A DNA stretch of 64,000 nt. Origin: Microbotryum violaceum (lineage: Eukaryota). This document shows positions 12,341 through 25,024 of the stretch, one piece after another. The notes under the pieces were generated by a model. It made no database searches, had not been told where the DNA came from, and worked only from the letters and a program-made list of their open reading frames with translations. The translations under genes were made by a program, and so were the position numbers. The stretch's first letter is position 1, and each line of letters opens with the position of its first letter. Location of the stretch: positions 186,001 through 250,000 of the forward strand of contig CDLV01000007.1 in the NCBI GenBank assembly GCA_001244265.2, written 5' to 3'.

Positions 12341-12361
12341 CGCCAAAAACGTCGCTCAGTG

Positions 12362-13443
12362 ACGGGCCACTCGCCCTCTCGATTGTACTTGCCGACGCCA
12401 ACGGTCCAAGCTTCCTCTGCTGGTTGACCGATGCAATCCGTCAGGAGTGAAGACTCGAGCCCTTCTGAGTCACCGAGCAATTCATGCAGGATCGGCATAA
12501 CCATAAATGCCAGAATTCTGTTCAAGCGAAACCAGTAACCTCGTCGCGACTATTGAGGGTCGAGTATGTGGTCGCGGAACTGGTGGGCAACGATCGTTGC
12601 ATCGCTCGGTAGAGCGCTGTCCTGCGTAACACCCTCTCTGGCCAGGCCGCTTTCGAGCGTGGAAAGTGCTCGGTCAATGATGGTTGGGTCGCAGACTGCA
12701 AACGCCAAGGGATGCTCGGGGAGTGTCTCGCCAGGAGAGCGCCGCATGACGTAACTTGGCTGTGGTGGCAGTTCGGCCGGTAACGATGTCGAGCTCGCGG
12801 GGCACCATATCGTACAGTAGGGCGGGAACACGCTGTGCCGCAAATCACTGAAGGTTGAGAAGTTGCACGTGCGTGATTCGAGCATGATGAAACGTGACGA
12901 GTGCTGCAAGCGTGTTGAAGCACGTCCTCGACGGTGGGGCAAGGATGACAGGATGCGCACGGCGCATGCACGAAGAGTAAAACGCCCACGTGACGCGTGA
13001 CGCTTGATGATCCGCCGCGATAGGTGCGCGCACAGGTTGCGAAAGGCCGTCGGTATGGGTCGGCCGTCACATGTCGCGGGCCTCGCGGGCTGTCGGATTG
13101 TGCCGGTCCGATCCGTCAGGGGATAGGCGCCGCGATCCGGCTGATTGCCCGAGGATTGAGCTGCCAAGCCTCCGCACCTGACCTCAGAGGCTCCTAACGA
13201 CGATTACTCCGCTCCGTCTGCTGCGGTGCTGCCCTCATCAAAGTCTGTTTACCCAGCTGTGAATTGCAAGATCTAAAAGACCCAAATCCATTTTAGTCCC
13301 ACCTTTGCCCAGACGATGCGCTCTCTGCGACAGCGTGACTCTGGGGCCGCACTGCATCGCCGTGGGTCACCGGTCATCAGTGCCGATTGAGGAAGATTAG
13401 GGGCGTGCGCCCCTAGCCCCGGTAAAATATTGCCGTAGCTCAT
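12362..13443 (-). pseudogene. Degraded gene fragment, possibly the 5' half of the kinase-like gene split by the transposon
   Basis: ATG at ~13443, followed by a GT-AG intron. ORFs 12550-13167 and 12325-12525 share one frame and are separated by a single TAG. The frame runs straight into the transposon CACTG end and is on the same strand as the fragment at 3420-5180. Confidence 0.35.
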
Positions 13444-13675
13444 CGAGCTTTGAGAATCAGGAAGAAGATTTTGGAGAACGTCTTCTTTCAAGACCAAGCT
13501 GGGCCTTTGTCTTCCTCGAGGGCGTCCTAATTTCCACATGCCAAGTCTGTTGCTCGTCCGCTCTGCTGCGATAGCTCCTCCAGGTTGCTTTCCTCCCCAA
13601 CCCACGTCTCGCACAGAGGCTCGAGCTCTCGCTCCAGCTATGGTCCAGATCATTGGATTCCATAGCTTTGGCGAC

Positions 13676-13950
13676 CTGCCCCACTATACCGGTGGCGCAA
13701 GGGACTACGTCGTTGTCCCCACCACGACTACCACCACCGCCCTTTTTAAGGAGCAGGCACCTGACCGGCCCGACCGGCCTGAGCAGCCTCTCGTCTGCGC
13801 GTGTCACGATGCAACCATCGTGACACGCGCAGACGAGAGGCTGCTCAGGCCGGTCGGGCCGGTCAGGTGCCTGCTCCTTAAAAAGGGCGGTGGTGGTAGT
13901 CGTGGTGGGGACAACGACGTAGTCCCTTGTGCCACGGTGTAGTGGGGCAG
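13676..13950. repeat. Long inverted repeat / DNA palindrome: perfect 114 bp arms (13698-13811 and 13816-13929) around a 4-nt loop CAAC, with ~22 bp imperfect outer extensions
   Basis: Base-by-base complementarity around the centre GTGTCACGATG-caac-CATCGTGACAC. The ORF track also shows the same peptide on both strands (13457..13807 minus and 13538..13942 plus). Confidence 0.97.
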
Positions 13951-14333
13951 AAGGCGAACCGCTCCAGCCAGCGCCGAGCGGCCGAGCAGTCCGGGTTGGC
14001 AGAATTAGCAGTCAGTCAGTGCTGCTGCCGGACTGCCACGAGCAAGATCACGAGATACAGTCTCTTCACAATCATTGTGTCATCAGAACTACAATTTACA
14101 CTTTTATCGCCCACAGTCCGAGGCGCACGTAAGCCTCGCCGGCCTGCTTGGAATTCGGACTCCTAGCCTCGGATCGAACGAACAATTGTCTTTCGAACCT
14201 GCATTGCGATAAGGCTACTAGGACATGATAGAAAGAACAACATGAATGATGACGTTGAATCACGCCAGATTTGAACAGTCGACCGATAGCCCTAACACCT
14301 CACATAGAGGAGTCAGTTCCTTCTCTTACCCCC

Positions 14334-17300
14334 TCAACTTCCAAGGAGCGACATTCCCTTCCTCCGAATGAGAGCCACTTGGTTCGCCAGCCCAACCGCC
14401 AACGACCCATCTCTGAAAACAGTCATTATAGGTCGTGCTCTAGAAAAGGGGAGGTTTCTTAACGTTTCCGACTTGAACCGGACCGAGGGCGCAGCGTGGT
14501 CCACATTCCGACGAAGCTGAGCCGCAGTCGAGCTTTGCGTCGCGGGCGTGTGACTGCCCCTTCGAAGAGAGGTGTTGCATGCGTTATATTCGCTCATCGA
14601 GACGGATACTGACTCGGATCGGGTGAGTAGATTGTCCAATTCGCTGTGGCCTTCTTGTGCGCCGATCTGTAAGCCGACGCTCCACACGGCCCAGCTCAAA
14701 GGACCCACTCCTAATGTCGAAGCCGAAGACTCGTCCTGCCGCTGGCGTCGTAAGCCAATGACGGATCGGTCGACGATATCCCACCCTCCTCGCTGATCGT
14801 TCGCACATCGACTTGCTTCGATTGCATGCAGACGACACGTCGCCGCGGTCGAGCTGTCGACGCTGAGGCCCGACGCCGCGTTGAAAAGGGGGACATCCGC
14901 TGGCGACGATGACGGGATCAACGAGTCGTCCGTCGCAGGTGAAATGACTTGAGCTCCTAAAAGGGAAGCGTCGGCCGTCGTATCACCCGTTGAAGCCGTA
15001 AGGTCTAAACCCACTCCTTCCGACGAGCTCGAGTCCATCGACGAACCGTTGCCCGACTTGGGTTTGGTGCCCTCGGCGTCCGCGAGGTCGACGGCGACAG
15101 ACGTACTAGGTTCACGACCCTGCACCGAAGCCCTCCTCGACTCGGCTCGTCCAACTCCCATAGCAATAGCAGCTTCTCGGGCCTCGAGGCTCGCATGGCT
15201 AGGTTTTCGAAGTAACTTCCTGGGCGTGCGCACAGCCGAGACAGTTCCGCCGTACAACGATCCTTGCGACGAGCTCCGTGTGATAGCCGACGACAAGGTC
15301 GCTCGACTGGCGATGCCGAACACACCCGAACACGACGAACAACCCGAAGGTGGCGGCGAAAAAATGCGGTCGACAAAGACGGTTGAGGTCGTCGAGGCGA
15401 TGCTGTAGAAGCCGTCAGAAATGGCGTGACCGCATTGCGCACACTTGTCACCATTCGCCTTGGCGCCAGGAGCGAGCCGGATCTGACGTACTGGTCCGTT
15501 GAGTTCGAGGGTGAGAAGAGCCACCGGCGACGTGGACGCAGCATCGGCACTCGGTGTCTCCAACTCCTCGGGTAGAAGATGCACGGCAAGAGATCCGCCG
15601 AGAAAGCCTAAGCAGACCACGTTTCTGACCATCTTCAGCGCCCCGAGGCCGACCTCGAATCGACCAAACGCGACGGCCGTAACAGTGTCGCTTTCTTGAG
15701 CGAGTCGAACGTTCCAGATGGTCTCCCACGGTGAGGTAGCATCGTTTGATACGGACGTCGAGCGCAAGAGCTGAAATTGACCGCTCGAGGGAAAAAATTG
15801 AGCCAAGACTGGCCACGCCGTCGCTGAGCTGGCTCGAGGTGGTGCGACGACGAGTTGTCGAATGCGGGGAAGACAACCCAGCGCACTGGGCAGATCTGAT
15901 GTCTCGGGCACCGATTGCGGACCTAGAATGACGGTCGACAGACGTGTGACACAATCCCAAGCGATCACAGCTCCGCTCTGGTGAATCGAGATGAAAGCGT
16001 AGCGAATATCAGACCCCTGACTCGTGCGTGGGGGAGCACTCTGGCCCAGATCATTCGGCGAGGATGCGGGAGCGGCGAACAAGCCAGTCGCTGGACCAAA
16101 TATCGCGTTCGAGTCCCCACCAGCCGAGGAAAAGTCGATCAACAGTCTCCTCTCAAGTTCCCAGACGAGGATTCGGCCCGTCATGGTCGCGGCGGCGCAG
16201 AACCTCGTGGTGGAGTCAAGAGCGAGGGCGACGAGTGACGGGGGTTCCGCAGCCAGAGGGATCTCGAGGAAGCTCGTGGTCGTCGTCGGCGATTGCTTCA
16301 CCGACCGCCATAGGTAGACTCGTTCCTCTAGAGCAGACCAGGTGACGATCGCGTCCGCACTAGAAGCAACGAGCTCGATGTCGGATGCATCGAGCCCGGT
16401 GTGTAGGGTGGTCACGGAGACATTGGCTTCTGGTACTGCCTTTTTCAAAGAGCGGCCCGCCTTTTTCCGTTCTTGCCTCTGCTGTTTCGAGATCAAGCGC
16501 TGGATCTGGAGCAGTTCGGCGTCCTTGAGCAAGTAGAGCAGCAAGAGGTAGAGCACCATCAGCGTTACCGCGATCGGCGCAATGACGATGCCAGCGGTGA
16601 TCCACCATGGGGTCGACACGATCGCCGCGCCAGCGATGGACGCGCTCTCGGGTGCGACCATCCCATCGTCGAAGAAGCGCACGATCGTAGCCGGCTCAAC
16701 GTAGACGTGGATTGCCGAGCTTGCGTTGGCGGGGTTGATCAAACGCCAAAAGGCCGCCCCAGCTTCAGGCACCACTTCTCCGAGCCGCGACGTTTCGCCT
16801 CGTTGACCGAGTTGGAGCGAACGCGCAATCTCCCTCGAAAGAGATGGGGCCAAGAGGGGGCGATGGGAAGCCAATGCCGTCTCGGAACAGAATGCCGGGA
16901 GGAAGTGGTCGGGTCCATAGCTGGAGATAACCAGGATGGTGTATTAGTCTCGGCTCAATTCCTTACATCAGCAAACGACTCACAAGAGGTAGAGATTGAA
17001 GTCAATGAGAAAAAGCAACAAGAAGGTCGTCATCGCGGCAGGTCGATCCAAGACGCTCCTCTTTGCCCGTGCAAACGCCTTCGCAAACATACCGTGAGGC
17101 GCGTGTGCGGCATCTTTGGACGCGAAGGCATGCATCTCGTGGTCGCCCCCCTCGGAAGGGGTGGGCGAGTGTTGCCGAGCAGACGATAGTGTGCCACGTA
17201 GCAAGTCTGCGAGCTCGAGCCGCTGCAGATCGACGCTCAAGATGGTCGCAAAGAAAGTGAGCTCGAGGAAAAAGTCGACGATGAGGACGACGATGATGAC

Positions 17301-19205
17301 GAGGATGATCTCTCTCATGACCTGTCAATCCGCAACGACGTGAGCAGAGCGTTCAGATGGCCCGGTAGCCACCTGTGACTGACCTGGATGTTGATAAAGT
17401 AGCGCATCAACGCACAGATACTCAACTCGCATGCCAGTACCATAGATGCAGCTGGACCCTCCTCAGCCAAGGCCGCGGCGATCCTCTCCGGCACCGACAG
17501 ACGGATGTTGGTTTTGGCGACGGCGTGCGTCCACAACAGCATGTTGTCGACGCCGCAGACGAGGACGAGGAACGCGCACAAATTCCACGGAACAAGCGCA
17601 AACGACCAGCCGAACAACCAACACACGGAAAGCGACATGATCCCTGACGCCGTCAACTCGACCGTGCCAGTCAGGATCAGACCGCTCGGGGAGTTGACCT
17701 GGGGAAGCCGGCGGATGGCGCGGATGACGTAGATAAAGACGGCGAGGTAGGACAAGGCGTAAATTATATCCTCCAAAAGACGTGGATTTCCTGGGACGCT
17801 CAAACGAGGCAAATGCTATGGGTGACGTCGCCACCGTGTCAGTGTCGCGCTGAGGCCCAATCTACAAGCCACAGAGCTGAAGCTCACCTTGAGCGTCACC
17901 CGCTTGCCCGGTCCTTTACCTTCGACGACGGTACCAACTTGTTCTCTGTTCGCCTTCCACCCTTTACCACCTACAACATCGCCCACGACGCGCTTCCACG
18001 TTGCTCGAGCCCGGGACCTTGCTTTTTCCTCCGCGACCGATCCGACACCTTGCAAGGTCAGAGAGGGTTCGGTCGAGGAATGGTTCGATGCGTCTTCGAG
18101 ATAAAAGGTGATGGCAAGGTGGTGCGCATGTTTTGCCAGGCCCTGTGCAGCGACCACTTGTCCCCTGTCAGCAAAGTCGAAACTCGCCCACCCTAAGAAC
18201 TGCATTTACCTTGCGATTCCTTCCAATGCCAACGAGGGTGTTGGGGTTAGTGAGTGGAACCATTCTGGCTTGTTGATTAGGCTCGAGGTTCTTGAGCATT
18301 TCGGCATTTGGGCTTGGTCCCGATATGGTGTTATGCACGTCCGGATCGGCCAACAGTGCCTGTTCCGAGTCCCACCACTCGACGGGGCTGGCGACGGCGC
18401 AACGCCCTCGGTGGTCCCGAATGCAGCTCAGACCAGGTACCTGCCCGGCTAGCAGCCGTCGTTCCAACTCGTTTTTCAGCTGCATGGCCCTGTGCAGTGT
18501 CGCTTTGGTCAAGGCGCCGACCGCGGCGTCGGCACTGCTCGACCTCCGGAGCCCCACCCCCTGACCGCCCTGAGCGACGCCAGCCAAAGCTTGGCGATCG
18601 ACGGAGGAGACGAGCAGCTGTTCCATGCGCACGATCTTGGCCTCGACGTTCCTCCATTGATAGTAGCGCGCAAAACGGTCCCAGCACACCTCGTCCTCGC
18701 TCGCGATGATGCCCTGGCGTCGTAGACCTTCCAATTCCCAAACGAATTCTCCGCGGCCTCGACGTGCGATCGGGGAGCTCGCAAGCGGGACCGGACCGGT
18801 CGGCGAAAAGCAGAGGAGTAGGGCCGGACACAGCAGCGAGCAGATGAGGAGGCCGGAGACGAGCAAGGCCGGTATCTGGTAGGACGAGATGAACCACCCG
18901 AACGAGGCGAACAAACGGCGGCAGAGGGACGAGGCCCACGAGGTGATGATGAGCAGCAGCGATAGCGCCGGCAAAGCTTCTTCGTCTTGGCTGCGGTGCG
19001 AGTGCAGATGCAGCCGGTCCGAGGCTGCTGTCGACTTGGTGGACCGAGGAAGGTTTGTAGATGAGATTGAGTTCGTCGTAGATGATGATGATGCCATCGC
19101 GCCGCTGTGACCGACGCCGACACTGCCAGCTGCTTTGGCATTGGGGCCGAGTCGAGCACGAGCTCTCAGCGAAGATGACGCCGACGCCAACGTCGCACCG
19201 TCCAT
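14334..19205 (-). CDS. SCP1: SREBP cleavage-activating protein (SCAP/Scp1-like): sterol-sensing domain plus C-terminal WD40-like region
   Basis: N-terminal TM and lumenal loop, then SSD helices (LSYLAVFIYV..SGLILTGTVELTASGIMSLSV..LVPWNLCAFLVLVCGVDNML..SVPERIAAALAEEGP; FFLELTFFATILSVDLQRLELADLL), a final TM ending LLYLLKDAELL, and a beta-propeller-like tail. About five exons. Confidence 0.85.
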
Positions 19206-19713
19206 CACAAGGTGTGCAGACGATGGCGAGGTGGCGATGGAGTGGAGTAGGAGGGCTGTCTCAACCCCTTTGTGTCGTGGCTGGGTTTGTCATCCCGAGC
19301 AGCAGGGCTCCGAGGCTCGAAGGCTGCGAGGCGTGCTCCCAAGACAAGTTCAGCCTTCCGCCAAGTGTCCGACGCCCGTAGCTTTCTCGAGTTGCTGCGC
19401 GCGCACGCCTCCGCGGTCTCAACTCCAGCGTGCGAAATGACTCGCCGAGAAAATGGATGCGGTGAGACTCGACCAAAGCAAAAAACTGACGAGTGGATGT
19501 TCTAGCTTTACGAAAACCCTCTTGAAATTGAAAAAGCTCACTCGCTCGAGATAGGAAAATGGATCAGCGCATAACTCCGCCGGGCCCTCGGCCGCACCGG
19601 CCGCCCTCGGCCGCCCCGGCTCGGGCTCCACATCCCGGGTCTGGCCGTGCGCTCGTGCTACACGCGCCGTCGCTTCACGCTGCCACTCCCACACCGCACA
19701 CCACCCCACTGAC

Positions 19714-20377
19714 ATGGCCACGACATCCACAACAGGTAGGTCATTACATTTCCATCGATGCTTTGCTCAACTGACGGTGTACTCGTCTCTCTCAGAACCC
19801 GAGCACGTCCGCTGCATGCGACTCGCATTGGACGAGGCCAGCAAGTGCGAGCCGACATCCACCGCCTTCTGTGTTGGTGCGTGATCTAAGTTTCGTCGCT
19901 GTGCAGAGCAGCTGCTTATCTCGCTTCTGTGCTTCTCCAAATTCAGGATGCCTGATCACCGCGCCCTCGTCGGACGGCTCGTACTCAACGATCGCGACCG
20001 GCTACTCACGCGAACTCGAAGGCAACACCCACGCCGAACAGAACGCACTGACCAAACTGGCATCTACATCATCCTACTCTTCGGGTTTACCTCCCTCTAC
20101 TCGACTCTACACGACGATGGAGCCCTGCTCCTTACGCCTCTCGGGCAACCTCCCCTGCGTCGACCGGATATTGCAGACCTCGATACAGCAAACCTACGTC
20201 GCCGTCCTCGAGCCCGACGACTTTGTGCAAGACGTACAGGGGGTTCAGAAGCTACTGAATACAGGGAGGCAGGTGATCGTCGTTGAGGATCCGGGCTTGA
20301 AGGAGGATTGTCTCCGAGTTGCCAGACGAGGCCACCTCTCCAAGGGACCGGTGGAACCGGGTGCAGCTGCAAAATGA
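19714..20377 (+). CDS. Cytidine-deaminase-fold protein, DRAP/pyrimidine deaminase of riboflavin synthesis (RIB2 deaminase-domain-like, stand-alone)
   Basis: TAFCVG..TGYSRELEGNTHAEQNAL..LYTTMEPCSLRLSGNLPCVDRI..EPDDFV, with HAE and PCxxRLSGxxPC zinc motifs. Two short 5' introns. Confidence 0.85.
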
Positions 20378-22840
20378 CGTCGTGTTTGATTTTCGCCGCC
20401 ACCCATGTACTGGCCGTTCGTCCGTCTGCAGTTGTGCCGAATTTGCTGTCGAAGACATCCTTTAATGGTACTTAGACGCACCTCACGCCTCCTGGATTCA
20501 AAGTTCGACTGTATTATACCAACACGTACGAGCCCGCTGCGTATATGCGAGAGGAACAATGGTCCCATTGGGTTCGTCAAAATTTCTGAGAAGATCAACC
20601 AGTGCAAGACACATCTTCTCGAGGCCTCTCCGAGGTTTCAGAAGGATTCAGACGAGTCAAGAGTGATCAATTTGACATGGGAACGGGCGCGCAGATCGTC
20701 AATCATTTCTTCGAAGTGATCGACAACGATAGCCACAGCGCCCAGCGGATACGAGACAGCCCAGCGAAATTTGGCACGCACCGGTGCCGTTGACGTAAAG
20801 ACAGGCACGGGGCTCGAACTTCAATATAGGCACCCGGTACCTGGTCTCCCCACTGCCCTGATTCCTTGGAAGGCACCTGCTTTCACTTCACCATTACGTC
20901 GTTTGGTAATCCAGCCAGCGAACTCAAGTAGGTACCTAAGGAGAACAACAACACCGACAAAATCACCAGCTCTTGACACGGGTAATAGGGTAAAGGGTAA
21001 CCTCTATATAAAAAGGTCGACCCGCGACCCATGTACCTAAAATCGCTGTTTTAACTGTGTTGCGGCCCGGAGGCCGCCTGTCGTAAATGTACCAGCATGC
21101 CTTTGAGTCTGCCGCATCTGCCTGTGGTATTGGCGTCCCGGAAGTCATGTACGACCTTTTCGCCTTTTCTGGACATAAAACTCGAGCTAAAGAGCGCGTA
21201 CGATTTCTGTCGAGTTTTTAAATGATGCGGAACTGTTGAGCGGTTTATTATTCAATGTATAGCAAGCGCGTGAGTTTGTATGCCACTTCTTCTACGGAGC
21301 TCAGGCGTGGTCCCGCTGTCGTTGACGTGCTGCTCGCTGAGCAAGGTGCAGCATGCAGCATGCAGCAGCTGCAGCCTCCCCCTCCCCAGCCCGGTCCCAT
21401 CGACAGCTACTTGAAGGCTCGGATAGCGGTCAGTTGCCCGGTCCAACAACATTCGTCTGCAGTAGGCCCACATACTGGACTTCGCGCTAGTTTCTTCTAT
21501 TTCTGCCCTTTCGGGCCCGGACACACATTTGTCATTAGCAATTCGCGGCGGGAGTGTAAGGGTTTGATGTTTGATTCCTCAAAGGTCGCGGAAATTGCTG
21601 CAATATACTGTTGACGTGTTCGGGTCGTTTCAGGAGCCTCCAAACCTAAAAGCAAACAGAGGGACCAGCGACTATCAAAAGGTACTATGACAAATTTATC
21701 CAAACAGGGAGAGGAGCCGGGAGAGCTTATCTCAGTCGTGGGCAAGGCCTGTGGGAGGGGTCCACCATGGAGCTCCAACGATTAGATTCCGTAAACTTTC
21801 AGCTCTAGTAAAGCTTCACCACTGCCGGACGCTCTCATTTGAAAGGCTAGAGAGGCGCATAATGGTGTTCACCCAAGCTTGTAGCTCTTTGCGTCTCGGT
21901 AGCGGTTAGACTGCTACACCGGCACATTTGCAGCGCTAGGCACCGGGCCGGGCCGCCGGTGCCGAAAATGCCCCCTCCAGTTTTGCCCTTCCTTTAAAAG
22001 CCACCAGATCTGACCATGCAAAAACATGTGTTCGAGTGCTGTTTCGGCCGGAGTTCAGCCCCTCTGTAGGCGTGGCCCAAAGGTAAGTGAGATTAGTCCC
22101 AACAGTTTCTGGGACCCCCTCGCCGTAGCTCTGGGGTTTTCTCTCGGTGGCTCGGTGGCTATTCTAGACCTTCTGCCCTCTTAGCTTGGCGGCCATCGGC
22201 ATCGACGTTGTCCGCTGCTCGCGCGCAGCGAAAGCGAATCCGAGCGCCGAGAGCCCAGAAGTAGAAGGGAACGTTCCAAACGCCGACCGGCTGGCGCGAT
22301 CTACACGACGACGACAAAAAAGCACCGGCCCACGTCGAGAATAGCGCATCGGATATCTTTCTGCGTGCCTGTTTCTACGGGGCAGAGTCACACGATGAGA
22401 TGCCGATCCCGGGATCAACTGGCTGCTTATTCCTGCCAGTATCACGCGGCAGTCTAGACAGGTGGCTCCCGTTGCTCTCGTCGATGCAGGGCGCCAGTGT
22501 AGCGCTGGATGAGGCCATCAGGCGCAACCGCCACTACGATCACGCGCCAGCCATGCACGCGCGCCTCTAGCTTTCTGCACCTCGTACCGACGCACAAATC
22601 TAGTGCATTTCGGTCCGACGTTCACGCATTTCTCGGGATCAACACTGCGTATCCGATGCACACAGTACTACCAACCCCGTAGCTTACCCTATCCCCTCCC
22701 TCTCCCGTTATCCGGGGTCCCGATCGCCTTCCCTCCTGCCATCCGGACCCCGCGCTGCGCCGCCAAGGGTTCGACCCCGAAGTCACCTCGCTTCCGGCCG
22801 TCGCGCGTTTCAGGTGCGCTGGCGATCCCGTCCGCTCTTC

Positions 22841-24693
22841 ATGACGCCCCCTATACCCATCGGTTCGACGCGTCGTCGTCGTTCCAAGTCATGTATCGCC
22901 TGTCGTGTAGCCAAGCTGCGCTGCGATGGCCTCGACGAGGAGCAATTGCACCAGCTCGAGAATGACCCGGCGTTAAGCAATCTCGTCTGCCACCGCTGCG
23001 ATCGACTGGGCATACCGTGTACTTGGGCGCCGAGTCGACGACCCGGGCGTCCTCGGAGACTGAACGCGCCGGCGCCCATTGACGAAAGCTCAGAGCACCT
23101 CAGTGCCAGTGATGTCGCCGGCGGCCACGTTGGCGATTCCTTCCGCGTCATCGGGTCTACTTCCCACCTACCCGCCGCAAGTTCTACTGTGACCAGCACC
23201 AGTCACGGTGCTTGGGATTCCCCTTCGGTAGCGCTTCCGGCCTGGCAACCGTCGACTGCTCCCGCGCGTTTCGTCTCATTGCCGGCCCGGCTACAGACCT
23301 ACACTTTCGCTCTGACCGACGAGGCGTCACCCTCCAGCTACCGACGGTCCTCCTCTGGTACTTCGACTCCTTCATCGGTCACCTCTGCATTGCCGTCGCC
23401 GGTGGGGCACTCGGGTCACTCGCTACAGTTCTTGGAGCACCTCGGGCAGCTCTACCTCAGCCAAGTGCACGGCTACATCCCCGCATTGCCGAACCTGCTC
23501 CCCGACCTCTCGCTCCGACTACAAGTCGCGTCGCCGCGCTTGGTCATCGCACTCGAGGCATATCTGATACAATTGGTTCGCTCATCACCAGCACCACCTC
23601 CACCTCCCAACACTCGCTACCCGAATTCGGATGATCAACTCGTTGCCATCTTCAACATTCATCGGGCGTACGCCAACGGGGATCTCGATGCTGCGCGCAC
23701 CGTTCTACGCACCGCCGCCAGTTTCACGCTGTCTCGTGCTCGAACGGCCCATATGTCATCATTAGGTCGGCCTTTAGAGCTCGATCAAGAAGGGTGGATA
23801 CTGTGGGAGCTCGAGTTACAGGTGGGGACGGCGTTGTGCGAAGATGAGAGGCTGCTTGGCATCGTGGGGCCCGACACCAAGGTGAGTCGCTCACTTTCAG
23901 TTCTGTCCTCTTCCGAACGCTGGCGGCGCGTGGTATGTTAATGCATGATTACTGACCCAATCGTCGTCGGATGCATCGCTCTCTCTATCCCTTACAGGAC
24001 CATTCTGCGACATCACTGCATCGTCAAGTGCTCTTGCACCTCTGGCACTGCTCCTGGCCTGTCTCGGCGCGCACGTCGTTCCCCCTGCCGCCTCCGCCGC
24101 CGGGGTCCGCGGGCGGCCCCGCTCGACCATCGCCCGGTTCCACGCGAGCGATTGAGCTGTGTTCGCGCGCGTTCGAACTCTACAACCTCGCCCATGCCAT
24201 TTTCGTCTCTGCTTCACCCCAAATGCTCGCTTCGGATCGTTTTTCGCATTGGGCCAGTTCACAAGCCGAAGCGGCGTTGAACGCGTCCATCATCGCGAGC
24301 ACGTGCGTGATTCTCGTTCTGTCCGGGCCCCTCTCCCCCGAAGCATTGCACAGCATCCAACTCGGCAACTCGACCCACTCTCTCATCTTTACCGCGTCGA
24401 ACCAAATCATCGCATGTTTGAGACGGCTCATCAATGACGCGAACGTCACCGTCCCTCCCGCACCGACCTCACCTTTGTACAATCATTCGCCTTTCCTGAT
24501 CCCTCATCTCTGGATGGCCGCGAGAGGTCTCTCGATCGCCTCTCAGGACGCGAGGGTGTGCGATCGACGTTCTTTCGACGAGGGGATAAGCGTAGTCGAG
24601 ACGGTGTTGAGTTGTTGGGCCGAACGTTGGCCCGAAGCGAGAAGGGTTCTCAAAGAGGTCGGCAACATCCAAAACGCCGCGATGCCGGTGTAA
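22841..24693 (+). CDS. Zn(II)2Cys6 fungal transcription factor
   Basis: SCIACRVAKLRCDG...VCHRCDRLGIPCTWAPSRRPGRPR binuclear cluster, a middle-homology-like region (LYLSQVHGYIPAL), one intron at ~23882-23997, and a C-terminal WAERWPEA motif. Confidence 0.85.
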
Positions 24694-25024
24694 AAAGATC
24701 AAAAACACCAAGGAGACACAAGAAGAGATTGTCAATAGTCATATACCAATCGGTGCAGAAGGGGGAAATAAGTGCCGCCGTCCCCTTTCCTTTGGCTCGT
24801 TGCAAATTTTCAGTACACTCATTTCCCCACATGTTTTGAATAAACAAGGCGATGTGTATCCACTGTGGTGTAAAAATGACCTCTTTGCTTCTCGTCTCTC
24901 CTCGATCACTCTGCTCGCTAATGGGACAACAACGTTTTGAGGAGGACACTCGATTGCGAAGGTACGAAATGAATGAAGAACCACGAAGATGGCGAAAGGG
25001 ATAAGCGAAATATCCCACAGCCGT

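Larger units (their letters stand above)
5181..12361. mobile_element. CACTA/EnSpm (CMC superfamily) DNA transposon, ~7.2 kb, probably defective; left terminus not found
   Basis: It contains a Tnp2-family transposase, a second divergent gene, and subterminal repeat arrays at both ends. The right end reads ...GTCGCTCAGTG, which is 5'-CACTG on the minus strand. No matching CACTG terminus or TSD is visible on the left. Confidence 0.85.

Noticed and set aside
20400-21800. Minus-strand coding-like text, including VAIVVDHFEE (Walker-B-like)
   Set aside because: The frame is broken by stops and I found no Walker A partner, so it is too weak to call an NTPase pseudogene without a profile search.
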